DNA of 64,000 nucleotides from the IMG/VR virus record IMGVR_UViG_3300032116_000006; one strand, 5' to 3'. Below, one piece after another: positions 18,844 to 28,534 of the stretch. A program made the translations under genes and the position numbers. The stretch comes from a virus. Taxonomy: Duplodnaviria; Heunggongvirae; Uroviricota; Caudoviricetes. The notes under the pieces are model-generated. The model saw only the letters and a program-made list of their open reading frames with translations, was not told the origin of the DNA and ran no database searches. Within the stretch, counting starts at the first letter, position 1. Each line of letters opens with the position of its first letter.

Positions 18844-19818
18844 ATGGATGCAATAGACAATCAATACATTAATTTACTTTCTTCACGTCTAGAAAAGTTT
18901 AAAAAAGTCAAAGCTGGTCTATATAACTGCAGATGTATTTTATGTGGTGATTCCCAGAAAAACAAGACAAAGGCAAGAGGATACTTTTATGAAAAGGGGA
19001 ACAACACCAATTACAAATGCCATAACTGTGGCATAAATATATCACTTAATAACTTTCTAAAACAGGTAGATCCAATACTTTATCAAGACTATATTCTTGA
19101 TAAATTCAAAAAAGGATACACTGGTAAAAACTTTGTTGTAGAAGCACCAAAATTCCCAAGAAAAAAGCTTATACTTAGGCAACAATTAAATTTACCAAGA
19201 GCAAGTGAAGAGCAGATTTCAAGAGAATATTTAGAATCAAGAAAAATAGATCCAAGAAAGTTTTATTATGCCAAAGAGTTTAAGAAATGGGTTAATTCAA
19301 TAAAACCAACATTTAATGAAAAAGCTCTATATTATGAGGAGGAAAGAATTGTAATTCCATTTTACTTCAAAAGAGAACTCATAGGATTTCAAGGAAGAAC
19401 ATTTGGTGATTCTCAGATCAAGTATATCACAATCATGCTCAATGAAGAATCCCCTAAAGTTTACAATTTTGATACAATAGATAATACTAAACCTGTATAT
19501 ATTCTTGAAGGGCCTTTTGATTCTTATTTTATTGAGAACTCAATTGCAATGTGTGGAGCTGATGTTTCACTTGAAAAATTAAACATAAACAATCCAATTT
19601 ACATTTATGATAATGAACCGAGAAATAAAGAAATTATTGATAGAATGCAACGAACAATTAATAATGGGCTTCCAATAGTCATATGGCCAAATGCAATTAA
19701 AGAAAAGGATATAAATCTTATGATTCTTTCTGGTCTTGATATTAATCAAATTATCACTCAAAACATTTATACTGGTCTTTTAGCAACTTTAAATTTTAAC
19801 GAATGGAAGAAAAAATGA
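18844..19818 (+). CDS. 61: DNA primase (gp61)
   Basis: Zn finger CRCILCGDS...CHNC, TOPRIM EGPFDS, YDNEPRN. Confidence 0.95.
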   Translation: MDAIDNQYINLLSSRLEKFKKVKAGLYNCRCILCGDSQKNKTKARGYFYEKGNNTNYKCHNCGINISLNNFLKQVDPILYQDYILDKFKKGYTGKNFVVEAPKFPRKKLILRQQLNLPRASEEQISREYLESRKIDPRKFYYAKEFKKWVNSIKPTFNEKALYYEEERIVIPFYFKRELIGFQGRTFGDSQIKYITIMLNEESPKVYNFDTIDNTKPVYILEGPFDSYFIENSIAMCGADVSLEKLNINNPIYIYDNEPRNKEIIDRMQRTINNGLPIVIWPNAIKEKDINLMILSGLDINQIITQNIYTGLLATLNFNEWKKK

Positions 19819-22127
19819 GCAACAACATTACTGTAGTCAAGCGTAGTGGAAATATTGAACCATTAATGCTAGAGAAAATTCATGATATGGTGAATTGTGC
19901 ATGTGAGGGTCTTACGAATGTTTCTGCATCTCAAATTGAGATGAATTCTGGACTTCAATTTTATCCGGGTATTACAACTGACGAGATTCAGCAGATTCTT
20001 GTTAAATCTGCATCTGATTTGATTAGTCTTGAACATCCTAATTATCAATATGTTGCAGCGAGATTGCTACTTTTTGCTATTCGTAAGCGTCTTTATGGTG
20101 GACGAATTGATCTTCCTCATTTGAAGGATCATATTGCTCGCTGTTCTAATATCAATAATAATCATAGCATTTATGATTTAAAAGCTATTGGTACATATAG
20201 CGATGAAGAACTTGAAGATCTTAATGAATATATTGATCATGAAAGGGATTTCATTTTCACATATGCAGGGCTTCGTCAAGTTGTTGATAAATATCTTCTT
20301 CAAGATAGATCTTCTGGCAAATTGTATGAAACTCCGCAATTTACCTATATGTTGATTTCTATGACCGGATTCTTTAAATATCCTAAAGAAACTCGCTTAT
20401 ATTATGTTAAAAAGTTTTATGATGCAATTAGCAAACATAAAATTAATTTACCAACGCCTATTATTGCTGGAACTAGATCTAATGAATCAAACTCAGCATC
20501 ATGTGTTCTAATTGATCCTGATGATGATTTAGATAGTATTTCTTCATCAGTTCACGCAATGATTAGATATATTGCAAAAAAAGCTGGTATTGGGCTTAAT
20601 GCTGGAAGATGGCGAGGTCTTGGTAGTAAAATTCGTGGAGGGGAAGCAGTTTCAACTGGTGTAATTCCTTTTCTTAAACTTTTTGAGAGTGCATTGAAAT
20701 CTTGTCATCAAGGTGGAATCCGAGCTGCAATGGCTACGGTTTATTTTCCAATCTGGCATCAAGAAATTGAAAGTGTTATTGTACTTAAAAATAATAAAGG
20801 TACTGAAGAGAATAGAGTAAGAAAACTAGATTATAATATTCAGATTTCTAAGTTATTTCTTGAGCGTTTTATTAAAGGTGAACAGATTACTTTATTTTCC
20901 CCTAATGATGTTCCTGGTCTTTATGAAGCTTTCTTTAGTTCAAATGGGACTGATGAATTTGACAAGCTTTATGTCAAATATGAGCAAGATAAAACAATTC
21001 AAAGTAAAACTATTGATGCTCGTAAACTAATTTTTGATCTTTTGACTGAAAGGTTTGAAACTGGAAGAATTTACTTAATGTTTGTTGATCATTGCAATAC
21101 TCATAGTCCATTTAAGGATAGCATTTATATGAGTAATCTTTGCACAGAAATTTTAGAGACGACAAAACCTATCAAACATATAGATGATGAGGAAGGAGAA
21201 ATAGCTTTATGTACTTTAAGTTCTTTCAATGTTGGAATTATTAAAATTGATAAAGAGTTAGAATCCCTAGCAGATTTAACTATTAGATTTCTTGATGAAC
21301 TTATTGATACTCAATATTATCCAGTAAAAGCTGCAGAAATTTCAACTCGTTCAAGAAGAATGCTAGGTGTTGGAGTTATTGGTCTTGCTCATTATTTTGC
21401 TAAGTTAAATGTAACTTATGAGGATCAAGAAGCCTGGAATGCAACTCATCGTTTAGCTGAGAGTCTTCAATATTATTTGTTGAAAGCCTCAAACAATCTT
21501 GCCAAGGAAAAAGGGCCTTGCGATTATTTTAATAAAACAAAATATTCAGATGGTATTCTTCCAATTGATACTTACAAGAAAGAAGTTGATAATATTTGCA
21601 ATGAACCTTTACAGCATGATTGGGAATCTTTAAGAAATGATATTGTTAAGTATGGTTTAAGAAATTCAACATGCAGCACAATTTTACCATCTGAATCATC
21701 GTCAGTTATCACTAATGCAACAAATGGTATTGAACCGCCAAGGGGCTTACTATCATACAAGAAATCTAAAAAAGGTCCAGTCAAGCAAATTGTTCCTCAA
21801 TATTCAACATTGAAGAACAATTATACTTTACTTTGGAATATGAAAAACAATAAGGGATATTTCAATGTTGTTGCAGTCTTTACTAAATTTATTGATCATG
21901 CTGTTAGTTCAAACTGGAATTATAATCCAGCAAATTATCCCGGTGGGGAAGTTCCCATGAGTGAAATTTCAGGTGATTTATTATATTGTTATATGTATGG
22001 TCATAAAACTGCTTACTATTGCAATACCAATGATGGTAGAGTTGAAGGTGATGAACAAAAAGAAAATTTAGATGAACTAATTAAACTACTAGAAGGAGAA
22101 GAAGTCTGTGAAAGTTGCTCAATCTGA
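19815..22127 (+). CDS. nrdA: Ribonucleotide reductase class Ia alpha
   Basis: ATP cone VVKRSG, SNLCTEI, CTLSS, C-terminal CESCSI. Confidence 0.97.
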   Translation: MSNNITVVKRSGNIEPLMLEKIHDMVNCACEGLTNVSASQIEMNSGLQFYPGITTDEIQQILVKSASDLISLEHPNYQYVAARLLLFAIRKRLYGGRIDLPHLKDHIARCSNINNNHSIYDLKAIGTYSDEELEDLNEYIDHERDFIFTYAGLRQVVDKYLLQDRSSGKLYETPQFTYMLISMTGFFKYPKETRLYYVKKFYDAISKHKINLPTPIIAGTRSNESNSASCVLIDPDDDLDSISSSVHAMIRYIAKKAGIGLNAGRWRGLGSKIRGGEAVSTGVIPFLKLFESALKSCHQGGIRAAMATVYFPIWHQEIESVIVLKNNKGTEENRVRKLDYNIQISKLFLERFIKGEQITLFSPNDVPGLYEAFFSSNGTDEFDKLYVKYEQDKTIQSKTIDARKLIFDLLTERFETGRIYLMFVDHCNTHSPFKDSIYMSNLCTEILETTKPIKHIDDEEGEIALCTLSSFNVGIIKIDKELESLADLTIRFLDELIDTQYYPVKAAEISTRSRRMLGVGVIGLAHYFAKLNVTYEDQEAWNATHRLAESLQYYLLKASNNLAKEKGPCDYFNKTKYSDGILPIDTYKKEVDNICNEPLQHDWESLRNDIVKYGLRNSTCSTILPSESSSVITNATNGIEPPRGLLSYKKSKKGPVKQIVPQYSTLKNNYTLLWNMKNNKGYFNVVAVFTKFIDHAVSSNWNYNPANYPGGEVPMSEISGDLLYCYMYGHKTAYYCNTNDGRVEGDEQKENLDELIKLLEGEEVCESCSI

Positions 22128-23268
22128 AATTAAAGGGATGACAGTTTTAAATTTGAATGATGTTGATTTTTTAAATCAACCAATGTTCTTTGGTGCTCCT
22201 CAAGGAATTCAGAGATATGATAAATTTAAATATCCAGATTTTGAGGCATTGACGAAAAAGCAAATTAGCTTTTTCTGGATTCCAGAAACAAAAGATCTTC
22301 AAAAAGATAGATTAGATTATCAAAAATTGAGTCCAGAACAGAAACACATCTTCACTTCAAACCTAAAGTATCAAACGATGCTTGATAGTGTTCAAGGTAG
22401 AGCACCAGGCCTAGCATTTAGGCCATATTGCTCTCTCCCAGAATTAGAGTCTTGTATGTTATGGTGGGAAGCATTTGAGAATATTCACTCTCGCTCCTAC
22501 ACACATATTATTAAGAATGTTTATCCAAATCCTTCAGAGATTTTTGATACTATCATTCTTGATGAAAATATTAGACAAAGATCTCAAAGTGTTACTGCAG
22601 CTTATGATGATTTTATTCAATCAGCTCAACAATATAGTTCATCAAATTTATGGAAGTTTAATTTAGAGGGTGTTGAATCTGCCCACACGGAACTCTATGA
22701 ACTTAAAAGAAAACTTTATCGCGCTGTAATGAATGTCAATATCTTAGAGGGTATTCGTTTTTATGTTTCATTTGCTTGTAGCTTTGCTTTTGGTGAACTA
22801 AAATTAATGGAAGGTTCTGCTAAAATTATTGAGTTAATTGCTAGAGATGAAGGTTTACATTTAGCCTTAACACAAAAAATTCTTAAAAAGTGGAAGCAGG
22901 GTGATGATCCCGATATGGCTAAAATTGCAGCAGAAGAAGAGCAATATTCTTATTATCTATTTGATAGAGCTGTTAATGAAGAAAAATCTTGGGGTCGGTA
23001 TCTTTTTAAAGAGGGATCTATGATTGGTCTCAATGATAAAATTATGGATGAATATACTGAATGGAATGCGAATACAAGACAGAGAGCCATTGGGTTAAAA
23101 CCACAATACCCGAATGCACCAAAAACAAATCCTTTAACTTGGATGGAAGGATGGTTAAATTCAAATGCCCTTCAAGAAGCTCCCATGGAAACTGAAAAAT
23201 CTAGTTATCTAGTTGGAGTAATCAAACAAGACATAAACCCAGATTCTTTTGCAAACTTTAAACTATAA
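22108..23268 (+). CDS. nrdB: Ribonucleotide reductase class Ia beta
   Basis: LDSVQ, ENIHSRSY, LEGIRFYVSF, RDEGLH diiron motifs. Confidence 0.95.
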   Translation: MKVAQSEIKGMTVLNLNDVDFLNQPMFFGAPQGIQRYDKFKYPDFEALTKKQISFFWIPETKDLQKDRLDYQKLSPEQKHIFTSNLKYQTMLDSVQGRAPGLAFRPYCSLPELESCMLWWEAFENIHSRSYTHIIKNVYPNPSEIFDTIILDENIRQRSQSVTAAYDDFIQSAQQYSSSNLWKFNLEGVESAHTELYELKRKLYRAVMNVNILEGIRFYVSFACSFAFGELKLMEGSAKIIELIARDEGLHLALTQKILKKWKQGDDPDMAKIAAEEEQYSYYLFDRAVNEEKSWGRYLFKEGSMIGLNDKIMDEYTEWNANTRQRAIGLKPQYPNAPKTNPLTWMEGWLNSNALQEAPMETEKSSYLVGVIKQDINPDSFANFKL

Positions 23269-23272
23269 GACC

Positions 23273-23431
23273 ATGGAAGAAACCTTTACATTAGCTGAGA
23301 TTAAAAAAGCTTTCTTTGACAGTTTTCATGAAAGCGGTGAAATTTGGTTTGAGTATCTAGGCAGTCCACAAGAAAATTTGGATTCAACTACCGAATATTG
23401 GGAAGAACTTAAAGATAAGTTGATTAGATAG
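23273..23431 (+). CDS. Small hypothetical protein
   Basis: 52-aa ORF after nrdB. Confidence 0.55.
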   Translation: MEETFTLAEIKKAFFDSFHESGEIWFEYLGSPQENLDSTTEYWEELKDKLIR

Positions 23432-23509
23432 CCAGTTTTTTAACTGACCCGTAGAGCACTTAGAAAGGCTCAAGTGCTCTATAGTGGTTTTAAATCTAAT
23501 ATTTCAATT

Positions 23510-23911
23510 ATGGCTTCTGAAAATTATTCTATTATATCAGTAGAAAAGCTTAAGCAATTTTGCAATCCATTTGAAACACCCTGCTGGGAGACAAAAACTC
23601 CAGTTTTATACAATGAGGTAAAACGAGCAGTTACTAGCAATTGCACATTATTATCTCAATATTCTTCATCAGTTGAACCACCAAAATGGTCAAAAAAGAA
23701 ACACATTGAGAGAATTGCACATCTTGTTATAAATCCAGATTATACTCCTATTGAAATAGATGTTGGAGTTCCAAGTTTAGGTTATTGTTCTGAGTGGTTT
23801 ATTGTAGATGGCAATCATAGATTTGCTGCTGCAATTTTTAGAGGTGATTTAACTATTCTTGCTACATGTTCAGGTCAAGTTGATCTAATTGAAAACCTTA
23901 TTTACAATTAA
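23510..23911 (+). CDS. ParB/sulfiredoxin-like domain protein
   Basis: PIEI...FIVDGNHRFAAA motif. Confidence 0.6.
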   Translation: MASENYSIISVEKLKQFCNPFETPCWETKTPVLYNEVKRAVTSNCTLLSQYSSSVEPPKWSKKKHIERIAHLVINPDYTPIEIDVGVPSLGYCSEWFIVDGNHRFAAAIFRGDLTILATCSGQVDLIENLIYN

Positions 23912-23917
23912 AACCTT

Positions 23918-24175
23918 ATGGATATCATTAACTTTGATAATTTCCGTGCAGGCTCCCATTTTCCAGGCTGTCTTGATATAGAAAAACTTGGAAACCACGA
24001 ACAGATGGGTGTCAGAGCAATTGCATATTGTTTTCCTAATTCAAATGAAAGCTTCGTTCAATTTCGTAAACATAATAAGGACTACCTAGTTGCACTTTTT
24101 TCATTCAACTATGAAGTTGAATTAGAAGATTATTGGAAAGACTCTACGGTTATTTGGGATAGTAGAGAACAATAA
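23918..24175 (+). CDS. Hypothetical protein
   Basis: 85-aa ORF. Confidence 0.6.
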   Translation: MDIINFDNFRAGSHFPGCLDIEKLGNHEQMGVRAIAYCFPNSNESFVQFRKHNKDYLVALFSFNYEVELEDYWKDSTVIWDSREQ

Positions 24176-24238
24176 ACGTATCATAAAAAGTAAATGGTGC
24201 CTATTCTATAAATAATAGAAGAACTTTATATTCGCAAT

Positions 24239-25345
24239 ATGTCCACTTATCATCTCACTGAAGCATATGGAGACCTTCATAACCCTCGCGTAACAGATTC
24301 TAACTATTTTCAAAATCTTCGTTTTGTTGATGATCTAAATCAAAATCAAATGCAAGAGGTAATGGAATCTCTCATTTGGGAGTTCATGGATTATGGAGAT
24401 AGTTTTGAAGAGGCAACAAAAATTCTTGAAACTGCTTTTTCAGATGATATTGTTTTATGTGAATCACTTGAGGCGATTTGTGAAGTTACTGCTCGTCCAT
24501 TCAAGGCTACGACTGAATTTAAGCCAACTTATGGCTATCAAAAAGATGGAAAATCTGTTAAAGGCGGTTCAGATTCTTCTGCTAGAGCTAGACGAGCTGA
24601 ACGGGCTTCCGCCGTTAGGGGAGCACTTAGAGGGGCTGCCGAGAGCGTTAAAGGCGCTCTTAAAGGGTTTCGCAAACAGGTTAGGGATAGCAAAACAAAT
24701 TTAGCAGCTAAAGGTGCTAGCATGGCCCTCAGAGGGCAAGCTGCGCTTTCTAAGGTCGCTAGAACTGCTCGTGGAGCCGTGCGAGGGGCTAAACAAGAAT
24801 GACAAACACCTTCAAAACCTCCAAGTTCTCGTATTTCAGGTAAAGAAAAGACTCAACAAATGAGGCTTGCAGCTAGAAAGGAGCTTGGTGATGTATTTGC
24901 AGAAAAGCAACCTAGTTCTTCGGCACAAACACCTTCTAAAATTGAACGTTTGAGAGCTGCTGCTAAAGCATCTAACCCCAAAAAAGAACAAACAGCCCCA
25001 AAACCACAAGAAGGTAGAGCAATTCATGGAGGTTCTTGGCCAGCTCCACCCCCGCCGATGAAAAGAGCCAATAAAAAACAAACTCCAGCTTTACCCCCTT
25101 CTGGTAAAACTAGCGGTAGTACAAAAGGTGGAAGAGTATTAACTGGCTCGCAACGTAAAATGAAAAATGCTGCTCTTTATCGTCGTCTAAACTCTGACCT
25201 TGATTATGATCTTTTAGCTCATTATATGATTGAAGACATTATCAATGGAGGGTATGCAACTACTGAAGATGATGCACTCTTTATTTTAGAAAATATGGAG
25301 CCAGAAGTATTAAATGATCTGATGGAAACCTATCTAGAAGACTGA
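24239..25345 (+). pseudogene. Late internal-virion-type gene with one in-frame TGA (24800-24802): readthrough or nonsense
   Basis: ORFs 24239-24802 and 24860-25345 share a frame; the 19 codons between them are open; late promoter at 24207. Confidence 0.65.
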
Positions 25346-25422
25346 CACTTAAAAAACTGTCACATCCTAAAATCACTCTAGGACTTAGATGAACTAGAGT
25401 GATTTTTTATTGATTACTTGTC

Positions 25423-25857
25423 TTGAGTAACATTATTGCAATCGCTTCGCCACTTAAACCTGAAATACTCAATCAAGCTACAGCGGTTGCAATGGCTTCA
25501 GCATCTAAAGAGCGTTTAGGCTGTGTAATTCTTAATAAAAAGAAAATTATTGCAGCCGCCTGCAACTGTGATAAAAAGACTCATACCATTCAAGAGAAGT
25601 ATGCAAGACTTGCGAGTCAATTATATGAGAATGATTCTCTTTCTCGGAAAATTTTTCTCCATGCTGAGATTCTATGTTTAATCCGATCTAAAGGTGAGGG
25701 AGATACTATTATTACTGCTAGGGTTGGGGGACATGGTGGCAATAAATTAAGAAATTCACGCCCATGTCCTATTTGCTCTTTATTTCTTAAGCATCATGGA
25801 ATTAATAAAATACACTATTCAACCCCGGATGGCTTTCTTTTTGAAGATTGGAGATAA
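25423..25857 (+). CDS. Zn-dependent cytidine/dCMP deaminase-like protein
   Basis: HAE and SRPCPIC motifs. Confidence 0.8.
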   Translation: MSNIIAIASPLKPEILNQATAVAMASASKERLGCVILNKKKIIAAACNCDKKTHTIQEKYARLASQLYENDSLSRKIFLHAEILCLIRSKGEGDTIITARVGGHGGNKLRNSRPCPICSLFLKHHGINKIHYSTPDGFLFEDWR

Positions 25858-25878
25858 ATAGAAAAAATAATTATTTCT

Positions 25879-26034
25879 ATGGTTACCTCAACCGATGTTT
25901 TTGCCTTTAGATCAAAATTAGATAAAATAATGAATAGTCTTTATGAAAAAGATTTACCCAAAGAGCAAAAAGATGTTGCAATTTTTTATCTCACTCAGGT
26001 AATAGATGCGGTTGAACAGACTCTGAAATCATGA
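25879..26034 (+). CDS. Small hypothetical protein (51 aa)
   Basis: MVTSTDVFAFRSKLDKIMNSLYEKDLPKEQK...; GATAAATA upstream. Confidence 0.55.
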   Translation: MVTSTDVFAFRSKLDKIMNSLYEKDLPKEQKDVAIFYLTQVIDAVEQTLKS

Positions 26035-26431
26035 CTTTATTGTAGATATTCTCACGTTCGGATGAGAAAAATTTACCTTCAACGTTAGTATTATAATAGT
26101 CTTCTCTCATAATTACATCTCGCCTAAACTGTTCAGATGTTTCAAAATAAGACATTGATTTTTTGTGTGGACAAAGATATAGTATTGTTTTTTTGAAGTT
26201 TGATATTCCAAGTTCTTTAATATCATCCTTTAATTCATCACAACTTCCGCAATAAGTTCTCCAATTGCTTTCTGTCTTTTTTCTTCGTCCAGTTTTTGGG
26301 TCTTTTCGCCTTTGCCAGAAAGTTTTTTTGCCGATGTATTTTTTATTGTTGGTTAAATTTTCAATAAGATATACAAATCCCTCCATATCTTCTGGGACAG
26401 CCTCTAAAATTTTATCGTTGTAGTACCACAT
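25991..26431 (-). CDS. GIY-YIG nuclease (T4 endonuclease II-like)
   Basis: GFVYLIEN...KKYIGKK...WRTYCGS...YYN; TATAAATA on the minus strand at 26441-26448. Confidence 0.75.
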   Translation of the reverse strand: MWYYNDKILEAVPEDMEGFVYLIENLTNNKKYIGKKTFWQRRKDPKTGRRKKTESNWRTYCGSCDELKDDIKELGISNFKKTILYLCPHKKSMSYFETSEQFRRDVIMREDYYNTNVEGKFFSSERENIYNKVMISESVQPHLLPE

Positions 26432-26526
26432 TTTTATGTTTATTTATAGACAGTTTACTGAGTGTCCACCATAATCACAATTTGCCCAATAAATCGTGTA
26501 TCCTTTTGACAGTTCAATAAAAGATC

Positions 26527-26685
26527 ATGAAATTTTTATTAAAAATTATTTTAGCTATAATGTTAATCCTTTTCGCATCTTGTGGTGTATTGGTTGCAGT
26601 AGCTCTTATTGCATCTGGAAAAATTATTTTGGCAATTATTGTATTATTATTAACAGTTTTGGTTGTTCTTCAAACTATTGAATAA
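26527..26685 (+). CDS. Small two-TM membrane protein (52 aa)
   Basis: MKFLLKIILAIMLILFASCGVLVAVALIASGKIILAIIVLLLTVLVVLQTIE*; preferred over the track ORF 26496-26681. Confidence 0.55.
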   Translation: MKFLLKIILAIMLILFASCGVLVAVALIASGKIILAIIVLLLTVLVVLQTIE

Positions 26686-26748
26686 ATCATGTAATCTTTT
26701 GTTAATCTAATGAAAAACTACGAATTCACCCTTCTTGACTAAACTCTC

Positions 26749-27021
26749 ATGCTACTACCAGAAAACATTCGCATAGGTAAAGTCTCAAGAATTTTTAGTG
26801 ACGGGTATGTTTATTTGGATGAAATATATCCCTGTGCCTATAGAAAGTATGTCGCTAATAATGCTATGGTCCCTGGATATAACGGTAAATCGGCTAAAGA
26901 TCTAGGGATTAAAATTGGAACAAGAGCTTTATTTAGAGTAGATGAACATAATAGAGTTCAAGAGATCATATTTGATGCTAAACCGAGAAAGTTTTGGAAT
27001 TTTTGGCCGTTCAATTTTTAA
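26749..27021 (+). CDS. Hypothetical protein
   Basis: 90-aa ORF. Confidence 0.6.
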   Translation: MLLPENIRIGKVSRIFSDGYVYLDEIYPCAYRKYVANNAMVPGYNGKSAKDLGIKIGTRALFRVDEHNRVQEIIFDAKPRKFWNFWPFNF

Positions 27022-27120
27022 ACTGTCCACTTCTTTAAATTAATCTTGAAAAAGCTGCTAAACTTACCGCAAGACTGAAATCCAGTCTAAATACTGATTC
27101 ATTATGAATTCAGTGTTTTT

Positions 27121-27190
27121 AGAGCCGGGGAGTGCTGCCTTTTAGACAGGGGCGTTGCGATGGTACTCAAACCCGGATGTAGAGTTCAAT
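27121..27190 (+). ncRNA. Candidate structured 5' leader of the RlpA-like gene
   Basis: GC-rich island with CCGGG/CCCGG, GAGT/ACTC and GAGC/GTTC pairings. Confidence 0.45.
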
Positions 27191-27198
27191 TTAATTTA

Positions 27199-27660
27199 AT
27201 GCAATTTAACAAAACTTTTTCACTTCTTTTTGCTAGTGCTCTTCTGTTTACACCAGTTGAAGCAACTGCAGTTTCTTCCCCAAATTATGAAATCTTTGAG
27301 ACCACAAATTCTCAAATGAATACTGAAAAATGGGGACTAGAGAACTATCACAATCAACGAAAAGTTGCCAATGTTTATACTGGAACTGCAAGTTGGTATG
27401 GTCCTGGTTTTTATGGTAATAGAACCGCGAATGGTGAAGTTTATCGCCCAGGAACATATACAATTGCCCATAGGTATTTACGATTTGGGACAAGAGTTCG
27501 TGTCACTAATTTAAACAATGGCCGAAGTGCCATAGCTAGAGTGAACGATCGTGGTCCATATGTTGGCGGAAGAATTGTTGATTTGGGTCATGGCATTGCA
27601 AGAGATCTTGGAGTAATTTCAAGTGGTCTTGCTCATGTTAGACTTGAGGTTCTTGATTGA
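27199..27660 (+). CDS. rlpA: RlpA-like double-psi beta-barrel lytic transglycosylase
   Basis: Signal peptide; GTASWYG, TANGE, VRVTNLNNG, VNDRGP, IVDL. Confidence 0.88.
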   Translation: MQFNKTFSLLFASALLFTPVEATAVSSPNYEIFETTNSQMNTEKWGLENYHNQRKVANVYTGTASWYGPGFYGNRTANGEVYRPGTYTIAHRYLRFGTRVRVTNLNNGRSAIARVNDRGPYVGGRIVDLGHGIARDLGVISSGLAHVRLEVLD

Positions 27661-27680
27661 AAGAAGTGATTTAGTAATGT

Positions 27681-27705
27681 TGGGGCAATTAGGTGCCCCA
27701 TTTTT
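27681..27705 (+). terminator. Rho-independent terminator
   Basis: TGGGGCA-N6-TGCCCCA followed by TTTTT. Confidence 0.7.
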
Positions 27706-27727
27706 AATTATTCATTTTATTTTCATA

Positions 27728-28126
27728 ATGATTATTTCTAAAATTCATCAGGATCTGGCTACATCTACATCCTCTACAATATTAGAGTGTCCAGAAGGAT
27801 TTCTTGGACCCAATTGGAAGAATGTACTGAACTTTTGGATTTATTTGGATACTTTAAATTCTGACCAATTGAAGACTGTTGGGTGTAGGTATATAAAATC
27901 TTATCCCACACTTAGTTCAATTGAAAAATATTATTGGGCTGATACACTTTCTATAGAAGGCGATAAAGTATCATTGGCTTCATTTATTGCTGGATGTAAT
28001 ATTTCTGATAGAGCAGGTGGTTATGCTGCTGATTCCGTGTTATCCGCAACCCGCGAGCTTTTCTATTCCTATCATTTAGGCGGAGAAAAGTCTTTTGTAT
28101 TTCTTCCATTGTTTCTAAATCCATGA
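27728..28126 (+). CDS. MKIS paralog family member 6
   Basis: MIISKIHQ...ECPEGFLGPNWKNVLNFWIYLDTL...FLPLFLNP. Confidence 0.85.
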   Translation: MIISKIHQDLATSTSSTILECPEGFLGPNWKNVLNFWIYLDTLNSDQLKTVGCRYIKSYPTLSSIEKYYWADTLSIEGDKVSLASFIAGCNISDRAGGYAADSVLSATRELFYSYHLGGEKSFVFLPLFLNP

Positions 28127-28509
28127 AAATTTCTGAATCCCATCAATGTTTTGCAGATCATTTAGATGATCAAACTGCTCTAGAATATCCTGAACGTTTT
28201 CTTGGACCTAATTGGAAAGATGTATTGAATTTCTGGATTTATTTGGACACTTTAAGTGATGGAGATTTTAGGTTAATTGTAGAGCGTTGTCGGGCCTTAG
28301 ATTTAGATGTAGGGGCTAGAGTTTTTGATGAATACTCTGCTCGTTCGGCCGCTGCTGTAGATACTATAGGTGGTGAATATAAGACTGCAGCTTGGTATGC
28401 CCATCCTACATTATTAGGAGCTTGTGCAACCCTTGAACTCATTGGCTCCCATAAAATTCTAGAACAAAATAAACCATTATCATTTCTATTGACACATCTC
28501 AATCTCTAA
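28123..28509 (+). CDS. MKIS paralog family member 7
   Basis: Same conserved blocks. Confidence 0.85.
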   Translation: MKISESHQCFADHLDDQTALEYPERFLGPNWKDVLNFWIYLDTLSDGDFRLIVERCRALDLDVGARVFDEYSARSAAAVDTIGGEYKTAAWYAHPTLLGACATLELIGSHKILEQNKPLSFLLTHLNL

Positions 28510-28534
28510 ATAAAACATCAATGCCATTTAATCA

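Noticed and set aside
5939-23268. Inteins or group I introns in gp43, gp41, gp61, nrdA, nrdB
   Set aside because: The ORFs are continuous, of expected length, and have contiguous motifs.
24800-24802. Genome-wide TGA reassignment
   Set aside because: Many core genes (regA, gp61, several MKIS genes) end correctly at TGA with overlapping starts; only one in-frame TGA was seen, and none of the four tRNAs is a suppressor.
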